Below, piece by piece: positions 1-10,479 of a DNA stretch of 64,000 nt. Made by a program: the position numbers and the translations under genes. The notes under the pieces were generated by a model. It worked only from the letters and a program-made list of their open reading frames with translations, did not search any database and had not been told where the DNA came from. The DNA comes from Lama guanicoe (taxonomy: Eukaryota), in the NCBI GenBank assembly GCA_013239625.1, contig MU053934.1, positions 3,738,399 to 3,802,398 of the forward strand, in the 5' to 3' direction. How positions within the stretch are numbered: the first letter of the stretch is position 1; each line of letters begins with the position of its first letter.

Positions 1-2429
1 TGCACCATCTCCAGTGCTCCCTGCGCTGGGCCCAACCCTTAGATGGCGCGTGCCCGTGACCGCCGCCTGACCCCACGCAGCACAGCCCCAGGGCTGGGCA
101 CCCAGGACCCCAGTCCTCCCGGTTCCCCTCTGACCTCTCCAGCTGGCCCTCTCAGCTCCGTGGCCAGTCCCCTGTCCCCCTGCTGCCCTGCCACGAGCCA
201 TCCGTCCGGACTGCGGCAGCCTGGCCACGCTGGGCTCATGTCCTCACTGGTTGTTCTTCCTGCCTTCCAGGGCTGCGGGCACTCCGGTGACTGGCCCCAG
301 GCCTGGCCTCTCCCCCTTCCCTCACCCCTGTGTCCTGGGCCTGTTTGCACCTTCTCAGACCGGTTGCAGAGGAGTGGGGTCAGCCACTTACAGTTTCAAA
401 TCCGTTCCGCCACCTCCTGGCTGTGTGGTGGCAGTTGAATTTCAGCCCTTCTCTGGACTTAGATGCTGGATCTAGAGAGAAAGAGGTGCCTGGCCCAGGG
501 TTGGATGGGGAAGGGAACATAAGAGCTCAAAGGAGCCAGGCCTTTACGTTAGAACCCCAGCTTTGGTACCAGTTGTGCACCCCTGGACGATGATGACACC
601 TCTTGGAGACTCAGTTGCCTCCTTTGTAAAATGGGTATAATAATTGCTCCTTCCCATTGGGATGGAATGAACTATTCCCAGGGGAGGGATTCTCAACCTG
701 GCTTAGAGTTCAGAGTAGGCTTCCTAGAGGGGGTCATGCCACATAGCTGTGGACAGTGGGTTAGAATCCACCAGCAAAAACACAGGGAGAGTTCTCACAG
801 GGAGGGCAGGGCTTGAGCGAAGGCTGGAGGTGGAAACCAGGAGCTTTAAGCTCAGGCTGGAAGGGGTGGAGGTGAGACTTGGAGTCCTGGCCTAGGAGCA
901 GCTGGGGCTTTCCAGGATCCCACCCCAGCCTCCCACCCCACCTTGCCAGCCAGGGTGCTGCCGACATCTTTCCTGCTCGAAAGTCTGATTCCCTACTCCA
1001 AGCCTTTGCTTGTGCTGGTCCTTCCGCCTCCCTCCTGGGCCTCCTGGCTGATGCAGACCCTACCCATCCCCCATAATATGTGCAGCTACAACTCGCTTCC
1101 TCCAGGAAGCCTTCCCTGCCCCCCACCCTGGCCACCCCCCTCCCTCCCCTTCTCCCTCGCTCTCCTGCTCTGGTTTTCCCGCTGTCCTCTGCAGCACTGC
1201 CTGTTGTACAGATCCATGGTGTTAGATCATCTTGTAAATGGTTCATGGGCCTGGAACCCCGCAGGAGCCCAGTGACCATTAACCATCGCCAATAGCAGCC
1301 TCCCTGCCGGCTTTCCGCCCACCTCAGCTCGCCCCCACCTTCCACCTTGTCTGATCCTTGCCACCGCTCTCTGGGGCTCATTTGACAAATGGGGATGCAG
1401 AGGCTGGAGAGGCCAGGGCTGCCTACAGCAAGTCAGTTGGGGGCAGACAGGATTACAAGGGTCTCTCTCACCTGTCCCATGGTGCCTAGCCCAGGGCTGG
1501 GGTCCAAAAGGGGCATGTTCCCTTTCTGTTCAGTTAGAATCCCCAAGTCTGCCCTCTTTTGTCCTTCTGGGCCTTGCAGCCTTCCTCTCCTACCCACTGG
1601 CCCTTCTGCCATCTGAAGCTCCCCTGATACTGTCACTACTTTCTGTAGAAACTGCCCCCTCCCAGCTCCAGGCATTCGACAGGGGCTGAGTGGAGGCCCC
1701 ACAGGTGCATCGGGAACACGCAGAGGTGCAGGGAAGGCCCTGGCTTGAGGGACTGGGAGGTGCTGCCTCTCCCCAGCTGGTGACCGTGAGCCACACTCAC
1801 CCCCGAGGAATGAGCTGTACCCACCGAACCTGCGAGGAGCATGTGGTGTTACACAAGAGGAAACTGAGGCTCTGGGAGGCCAGGGACCTGTCTGAGTTGG
1901 CAGGGGGCTAAGCCCTTGCTTTGCTGGGCCATTTGCTGATGTCACAACACAGTGGGGCTGGGGGGTGGATAGTGTCCTGAGACCCCTTTGTGAAGCTTTA
2001 AAAACTGCCCGAAGGAGAGGCTTTGTTCTTCAACCAGGAAAGGCTCACCCTCCAGTGGTTCCCCTTCAGGTGCCCAGGGCCCACCATCAGTGGACTGTAC
2101 CTGGGGGCAACCTGGCTCTCTTTAGGGCCCTGTCTGGCCCAAAGACCAAGGCCCCCATTCTTAGCACCTAGAAGGTGCTGGGCCAACACTTAGTCAGAGA
2201 AGGGTTGCACCTCTGCTCAGAGGGTGGGCAAGCTAGAGGGAAGGGACATGAGGGACAGGAGCATGCAGGGTTTAGGAAACTGTGACAGAAGTTCCATTAG
2301 GTCTCCAGCTCTCACCCTTGGCCTCCTACACGGCAGCCAGAAGGTTCTCGTTGAAATGGAACCCAGACCACACCAGCCCTGCTCCAAGCTCTTGTGGGCC
2401 CCCTCGCCTGGGTTCCTCCAGCCTTCCCC

Positions 2430-2840
2430 TGATCTGACCCTCTTGCTGACTCCACTCCAGCCACTCTGGTCTCCTGGCTGTTCTGAGACTCCCCAGCACA
2501 GTCCCTCTCAGGGCCTTTGCACATGCTGTGCCCACTGTCTGGAACATTCTCCACCCACATGTTCCTCCTCTCTCCATTCAGATCTTTGTGGAATGGCACA
2601 TCCTTGCAGGGGCCTTCCCTGACCACTGTTCCTAATGTAACCCCTCCTGTCACTCTCTCCCTTTACCCTGCTTTGTCATCATCAAGCTTGTGGCCACCTG
2701 CCATTAGCTTGTGTGTTCACTTGTTTATTGTCCACTCCCAGAGGAGAACATTCGTTCTCTGAGGGCAGGGTGGTCTGGTCCACCACTGAGCCCCAGAGCT
2801 GGGACAGTGCTGGGTACATGGCTCAACCCATATTTGTGAA
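2430..2840 (+). mobile_element. L2 3' end fragment
   Basis: CTCAGGGCCTTTGCACATGCTGTGCCCACTGTCTGGAAC...TGAGGGCAGGG...ACAGTGCTGGGTACAT. Confidence 0.75.
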
Positions 2841-3003
2841 AAGAGGAAGGAAGAGAGGAAGGGAGGAATGGAGGAAGGGAGGAAGGGAGGAAGGAAGGAA
2901 GGGAAGAAGGAAGGGATGAAGGGAGGAAGGGAGGAAGGGAGGAAGGAAGGAAGGGAGGAAGGGAGGACTGGTGGGTGGGAGGAAGGGAGAGAGGGAGGAA
3001 GGA
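2841..3003 (+). repeat. (GGAA/GGGA)n purine-rich microsatellite
   Basis: ~160 bp of imperfect GGAA repeats at the L2 tail. Confidence 0.9.
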
Positions 3004-3559
3004 GCTCTTTCTTGTGCTTATTCATGTGGTGCCTCCCACGTGTGGCCCTGTGTTAGATGCTTTTAGAACAAGTGGCGTCAGCAGCAGGGACCACAGCTCA
3101 CTTCAGCTGTCCTGGCCTGAGGTACATGTGAAGTACCCACAGCACGATGGTATCTTTTGCCATCATAACAGATGTGGTCTCTACAAGCCTGAGACCCAGG
3201 GCTGGTGGGTAGAGATGGGAAGGGGAGACAACAAGGTGGGGATGAAAGAGATTTAATTAAATTTGAAGAAAAACTTACAGCAAAATTATGCAAAGATGCA
3301 AGGGATTTACTCAGGAGGAAATATGCTCCCTGCTGGCAAAGGGAGGTCAGGGGAGGCCAGGCAGTCCTGGAACCAGGAGCCGCCCTAGGACCTGCAGCTG
3401 TAGCATCAGGACTCAGAGGGGTCCCCTGAGGTAGGGCAGGCCAGGCCCAGGCAGCAGAAGCCATGGCTCCAGTACCCTGTCCAAGGGCTGCTGGGCCTCG
3501 GCCAAGCGGCCATGTTGGGACTTCGGTCCCGCCAACCTCAGACCAGGCCTGGGAGACAG

Positions 3560-3830
3560 GAAATCACTTGCTCAGGGCCTGAAAGGCCCCCTAAGCGTGC
3601 CCTGGCTCCCTCCTGCCTCCCACAGTGGCCTCAGGCCCCCGCGCCCCGCGCCCATGGGGTTAAATCTCTCCCTGTCTCCCTCTGCTCCAAGTTGTTTTCC
3701 AAGCGAGGCAGAGAATGGTTCTCTTGTTACCAACATGGCTTCTGGGCATTGGGTAATGCGCGCCTCTTCTCCCGGCCTGCTCCACAAAGGGACCTTTTGT
3801 TCCCCTCCCTGCCCCTCTCTCTGGCTCTTC
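3560..3830. promoter_or_regulatory. Candidate SOX10 distal neural-crest enhancer (U1/MCS7-like)
   Basis: AP-2 site GCCTCAGGC 3628-3636; inverted SoxE pairs AGAATG-n4-TCTTGT 3712-3727 and ACAAAG-n4-CTTTTGT 3784-3800; ~14 kb upstream of PICK1, on the SOX10 side. Confidence 0.6.
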
Positions 3831-6529
3831 CCCGGCCCCCCACCCACCCTGACTCCCTCCTCCCCAAGCCTCCCGCCCTGCGCTGCACCCCGGGGCCGCC
3901 AGGAGTGACCGTGGCCTGGCCATGGCGCCCTCCCTCCCTGAGCGCCCTGCGAACGAGCACCGGGCCTGGTGGCTGCGGCCGCCATATTGCAGGCGGCCAT
4001 GTGGCTTTGAGGAGGCCACAGAGAGGTGGCCAGGGGGCAACAGGATGTCCTCAGTGTACCTTCTGTCCCCAGGGAGGGGGGACCCTCCGGCCCCTACCCT
4101 GGGCCACCTCCCTGCGCCGAGACATGCCGCCTTCCCGTCCACCATCTTGCTCCATCTGCACAGCGGTCACCGGCTGGGAGTGGCGGCCCACCTTCCGGAA
4201 GTGGAGGCTGAGGCTCAGCGGGTGAGTGTCCCAACCAGGTGCTGCAGCTGTGCCCAGCCACGCGTCTCTCCCCACAAACCCTCCCTGAGAAAGAGACCTC
4301 AGGATGGGCCCAACCCAAGGGGAACACTGAAATGGGTCTGGACCTCCAGAGAAAGCCTAAAACCAAGTTTCCTGGAATTTTTTTTGAAAATGAAACAGAA
4401 TGTATCCAGGATGGGAGTGTCAGGAGCACAGTCGGGTGATGAAGTGTCTGCTCACAGGGAGACCGTCTCTGTCCACTGTCCCCTCCCTGCCCGCTCCCAA
4501 CAGCCCTGCAAGGCAGGCGGGGATGGGCTAATGATGCCATTCTTCAGATGAGGAAACTGAGGCACAGAGAGGCTACCCAGCCAGGACTTGGGGCTCACCC
4601 AGGTGACCCCAGCTCTGGTCATCTTTCTCCAGGGCCACTGCCCACCCACCTCTGGAGAGGCCTGGCACCTTAGGGAGGGGACCTAGGCAGATCCCAGCAA
4701 ACCTGGCCCCCTTGTCTGGAATCACAGAGGCTAGAGCCTGTGCTTGGGTGCGACAAAGAATCATCAATTCCATCACCTCATGCTGTCCCTGCATTTACAG
4801 CAATATGAAACAGAGCAAAGTGACTGCTCATGGGGTACCTGCATGGTGCCAGCAAGGTACGCTCACCTGTAACCACCGTGCTGGGCTGGGCCCTTAGAGC
4901 CATGGAGAGAAGAGGTAAAATTTGTAGACTTGGTGATGGATGGGATGTAGGGGGGAAGCTAAGGGGACAGAGGGAGAAGGAAGCCCCTGGGCCTGCCCTA
5001 AGGAGCCACAGTCCAGGAGGAGAGGCAAATCAGTAAAGAGCCAGTGTGTTGCAAGACAGGTGGCCTGGGAGCTCATCACTATGCTGGGAGGTTGAGGAAG
5101 GAGGGCTTCCTGGAGGAAGTGACTGGGGATGGAACCTCGAAAGATAAGTAAAAGTTCACCAGGCAAAGAAACTGAAAGAGAAGGTGAGGAAGGTGAGGTT
5201 GGGAAGAAGGTGAGTGGTGTGTGACGGGGTGAGTAGGCCCCACCACGCCCAAGCTGGAGCAGAGTGGGGGCAGGGAAGGTGGAAGAGCTGGGCAGAGGGG
5301 AGGAGTGGTGTGGGGTGCAGAGGGGAAGGAGGAAGGGCTCCTGCAGATCCAGGTGCCCTGATATGGTATATAGACTGGATCCTGAGAGCAGTGGGGTGGT
5401 GACTGAAGGATTTTCAAGGGGTCAGATTTGTGTTCTAGAAAGATCATATGGGCTGGGTCTAGGCCAGTCTGATTTATTAGTTTTCCCAGCACCCAGTTCA
5501 GTGACTGGCACACCGTAGGGGCTGGATAAATGTTTTTAATCAATACACGAATGCCAACGGTGTACCTGAGGCAGTGGTTAACTCCAACTGTGGGACCTTG
5601 GGCTTCAGCTTCCTTATTTGTAAAATGAGGGCAACAGGCCCTGCCTCTGGGGAGTGTCGTGATGTTTAAAGGAAGTAGCGCCCTCGAAGTCTGCCTCGGT
5701 GTTCTGCACGCAGTCAGCCCTCCGCGACCAGTGCCTCTAAGAAGCATGTGTAGGATGTGCTGTGGGCAAGACGGAGGCAGGGACCCGGGTCAGCAGCGGT
5801 GGAGTCACCCAGGTGAGAGAATAATATTAACAACAGTAACGTTTATCAAGCGCTTAAGCTCTTCGTATGTTTTATTCATATATCCTCAAAACCAGCGAAT
5901 GGAAAAGGCACAATTTTATGGGTCCAGGATACTGAGGCTCAGACAGGTGAGCTGACTTGCCCGAGGCCCTGAGGCCGGTAACTGGCGGACAGACTGCACT
6001 GGACACCAGAGCCCGGCTGGTGACCACTAAGCTGGTGATGGAGACAGGTCATGGCAGCTGGCAGAGAGGGCGACGTGGGAGACACAGTCAGACTGATGGA
6101 CCGGATGGTGGGGGGGGGCATGGGGAAGGGAGGCACTGAGGATGCCCTAGGTTTTGGGCCTAGGTGACCAGGTGGAAGGTCATTCCATTTCCTGAGTGAG
6201 GGACACAGCAGGACAGGCAGGCTTGGGGAGGAGGGACACATTGAGTCTGAGAGGCTGTCAGGGTGTCTGTGTGGGGATGACTGGGAGGCCTGGAGTCTAG
6301 GCTGGGGATCTGGACGAGGGCAAAATGAGCTCATAGGGCAAGGGGAAGGCATGTGGGTGGGCGGAGGGGCCCCAGCCCTGGAGATGGTGCTGACAGCAGA
6401 TGCTACACAGCGTTTACTCTGTGCCAGACATGATCCTAAGCCCTTGTGTTATTTAAATTCTCCCAACAAACCTATGACGGGGCACCATTACCACCCCCAT
6501 TTTATAGATGGGGAAACTAAGCAAGAGCA

Positions 6530-6646
6530 ATTCAGTCTGGAATGTCCAAATAGATACATCTGTAGAGATAGAAAGTAAATTGGTGGTTGCCTAGGGCTGG
6601 GGAGTTGGGGGATGATGGCTTAAAGGGTGCAGGGCTCGCTTGCTTG

Positions 6647-6681
<35 letters not shown>

Positions 6682-7125
6682 TTTCAGTTTTATTAGGTAG
6701 AATTGTTATAGTTTGACTGCACATATATAATATTTTGTATGTAAATACATATATACAATATACTGCAAATTTTTTTTTAGTTTACATATATGTGCTGATC
6801 ATTGTTTCTAAGGACAGTTTAGAGCTTTAGCTTTTTAAACTTACATAGTTATCAAAGGAATAAAGCCAACCACAAAATAAGAATCAACAGAATGCAGTAA
6901 TCCAATCATAAAGGACAGTCAAATGTGCTTACACATATTCAAGAAATCAATCATCTAAGTTATAAATAATAAGTTGCAGGGTTTAGTTTTTGGGAGGTGA
7001 TGAAAATGTTCTGAAATGATTGTAGTGATGGCTGTTCGACTCTATAAATAAACTAAAAAAACCTGTTGCATTGTGTCCTTTAAATGTGTGAATTGTGTGA
7101 TATGTGAATTACATGTCGATAAAGC
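6530..7125 (+). mobile_element. Old L1M (L1MB/MC-like) 3' end, interrupted by the retrocopy
   Basis: AGATAGAAAGTAAATTGGTGGTTGCCTAGGGCTGGG...GGTGATGAAAATGTTCTGAAAT...TGTGAATTACATGTCGATAAAG. Confidence 0.8.
6635..6974 (-). pseudogene. 5'-truncated retrocopy of an mRNA 3' end (parent unidentified), nested in an L1 3'UTR
   Basis: AT-rich non-L1 insert with AATAAA on - (TTTATT 6689-6694) and an A-tail-derived (GAAA)n tract 6638-6684; flanked by TGCAGGG at 6628-6634 and 6975-6981. Confidence 0.65.
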
Positions 7126-10100
7126 AGAGAGAGAGAAAGAGAGAGGAGAGTCGCCCAGCCAGTAGAGGGGAAGCAGGGCTCGGAGGGGAAGGGGAGCCTC
7201 AGGAGCAGGAAAGAGAGCAGAGGTGCAGGGAAGCCTGGGCGTGGGGCAGAGGCATTTTGGGCGAGAAGCTGGAGGGGGATGCTGTCTGCAGCATCGGTGC
7301 TCCCGACTGGTCTGGAGAGTGAGACCTGGATGATCCTTGGGGTTTGTCATTTCAGGTTCCCTGGTGACCTGGTCCACACTGGTAGGGGACCCGGCCTGTA
7401 GGTGGATGGGCCCTTCTGGTGGTGGAGATCTCCCAGGAGTGCATCATCCCTTTGGACCTGCACATCCTTGATTGTGGATGGAGATTTCTCCACCTCGGGA
7501 AGCAGTAAACCCCCAATTAGCAATTTTTGGAGGCCTGCTGCACATGACTTTGGGGGTGGAGGGTGGGGAGGAATGGGGGCAGGAAAATGCCTCAGTTGCT
7601 CTTCCTGAAGGAGCGAGATCCCCAGTTAACAGTTCACCCAGAAGCTTTACACCTCAGTCCCTCCCACAAGAGGGGCCGGTGTCTGCTGAGAGTCCAGGAG
7701 GACCAGAGGCGCCCTCCGAGGCCCACTCAGAGCCCATTTCTTCTCTTTTTTGACACAGTCACGATACCTTGGTGCTTTGATTTCCTGGACCCGAAAAGAA
7801 TAAAAGGAAGATCATTAGAAACATGCACAGAGGGATGGAGGAGCCAGAAGGAGGGAAATTACTGCTAAAACTCAAACATTTGCTGAGAGGGTCTGTCTTA
7901 TGTTAAGTATTCTTATCACAAAACAAACAAAAAACACAGTTGCTGAGTTGGCCTTGATGAAAACAACATTTGCAGCTGACTCTAAGGGAGGACCCAGAGC
8001 CACTGTATAACCACAGGCACCCTGCAGGCACTGCCAGGCAGCTGCAGGTCACAGGACCCCTGGACGGCGTCCTAGCTGTCCCTGCTGAATGCTTTGGTAC
8101 AAGGGGAGGCTGCGTTTGTATGACACTTTGTTAAAGCAGACTAGGTATAAATAAATACTTATACCCAAATATGTCTACTGCAGCTCGTAGACTAGTGAAA
8201 GTTGGCCAGCTCCTCAGTGTTCAGCAGTAGGGGGCTGGTGAAAGAAATCACAGCACCTTCCTGTTGCAGAATATGACACAGCCACTAAAAATGATGCTTA
8301 TGAAAAATGTTAATGACACAGGAAATGCTTCTGGCTTAAGCTTTAATAAAGGTATATGTGCATATATATTACTTCAATAAAAAGCAAAAAAGGAAGAACT
8401 GAATACTGTGAGCTTGACTTCATTTAAAAATGTATAAAGAAAAAAGAAAACATACAAAAATGCTAACCTTATTTATCTCTGGGTGGTGGGGTTTTGATGG
8501 ATTTAAAATTTTTAAATGCTATGTCTTTTATTGCATTTCCAAATTTGCACAAGAAACTCTTTCAAATTTTAAAATTATTTGAAATAAAGCCAAGGAGTGT
8601 ATCCCGTGTTTAAGAAAGAGTCTTATTTCTCTGGACAGTCTTATGTGGATATGTAAGATCTCGGAGTGTATGTAATACTCTCTATTTTTCAGCTTGAGGT
8701 AAGGAGCTTGAATCAGTTGGGAATGCATTTGACTACAAATAACAGAAAACCCCACTAACATAGAGGGAGCTGCTTCTTCCCCATAACAAGAATCCCTGGT
8801 AGGCCATCCAGGGCTGCACCTGCTGTTACTTACCCTGAAACCATCCCTCTCAAGCTTCTGGCCTTCACGCTGCTCTTCAATATTCTAGGACCGAGAAGAA
8901 CTTACATACACTCTGACTCGCCCCAGCCTGGTGACATCAGGATGTCGGAGAATCTCAGGGAGAGGTGTGTCTGTGCTCATCCAGGTTCCACAGCTGGCTG
9001 GGACCAGGCAGCCCAGAGCAGGGTGTGCTGGTGGGAGGCAGTTCCAGAGGAAGTGACTCAAAGTCATTGCTCAGTGAGATGAATGACTGAAGGATGGATG
9101 GCCTGATGGAGGCAGGATTAGAACTTGGCTCTTAAGTCTTCCCCAAACTGCCAAATCTAAACATCTAACACGGCACATGAGGTCCTGGAGAACTGGGCCC
9201 TGCCGACCTATGTCCTCAGCAGGTGTGAACTCCTGTGGCTCACACAAACCACATCAGGTTTACTCTGTGCTTTTGCTGATACTGTTCCCTCTGCCCAGAA
9301 TACCTTTCCCTGCTGTCCCCATCCTCTTTGGTCTAACTTCTGCTCACTCTTTTAAAATCAACCCCAGCATCATTTCCTCCTGGAAGCCTTCCTGACCTCC
9401 TGGCTGGGATAGTGGTCCCTTTTCTGGCACCCGTAACACTCTGGGTTGCTGCACCTACAGCGCTTGGTTATACTTTTCTGTTCACGTGCTGACTCCCCTC
9501 CCAGACAGCCTCTAGCCCCTTGAGGGCGGACTGTGTCTGATTCATCTCAGCATTGGTGCTGGCCGCAGTCCTGGCACATTTGAGCAGGAAGTCAAAGGAT
9601 TGGCTGTTCCCCTGCTCCTGCTCCTAAGGGAGCCTTGAAAAGTCATAGTCGGTTTCCTTATCCCAAATTGGGGGGGAATTGGGTTTCACTAGATCCCTTC
9701 TGAGACCCAGTGGTCCACAAGATGGGCAGGGTTGGTAGGGGTGCCTGGGATCAGTTGGGACACTGGGCGAACCGTGCCCTCGGAAGGTCACCCACTGTGG
9801 CCACCTGCAGTGCCTGCTGGTAGGGGACAGGGGAGGGGGTGGAGGGCTGCATTCAGGGCCCCAGCAGACCAGACCCCACCAAAGAGGCTGGCCTGGTGTC
9901 CCTGCAGCAGGGAGGGCGGCCCCCCAGTGGCTATCAAAGGCCAGCAGGGCCCCCTCCCCCGGAGGATGACTGGGAGGGGCGGAATCTCCCTGGGGCTGCT
10001 GAGGCTGGGCCACTGCCACTGACAAGCCGGCCAGGCCATCCGTCAGCCCTGAGCACAATGCGGCCATTAACCCCTGCCCCCTGCCCCCTTTCAGCCACTT

Positions 10101-10479
10101 CCTCTGGAGGACTTTCCCCCTCCCCACTGAGAAGGGAAGGGAAGATTTCTGTTAAGCCTCCCTCTTCAATGAGGGGCCCAGGAGCAACGGCCCCTTGGCT
10201 GGTCTGGGGAATCATAGCTCCATGTCCCTTTCGAAGCTCAAGGTCCCAGAGTTTCCAGCTCCATCTTCCACAGCTGCCTCAGGGATCAGGTGGTGGTGCC
10301 TTGGCCCTCTGCCACCCACGGGAGCACCCCTCAAGCCAAAGCAGTGTGTATGGGGAGGGACAGAGAGATTCCGAGAGACACTTTAGACTCAACGATGGCT
10401 CCTGTCCATTTACTCAGGACATTCAAAGGGGCATTACAGACCAGTCCTGCTTGGAACAGTCATTGCAAGAACCCTAAGT

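Noticed and set aside
3512..4551. 237-aa and 209-aa plus-strand ORFs in the upstream GC-rich patch
   Set aside because: Low-complexity translations running into MIR sequence; the region is better explained as an enhancer. I could not support a distal POLR2F exon from sequence alone.
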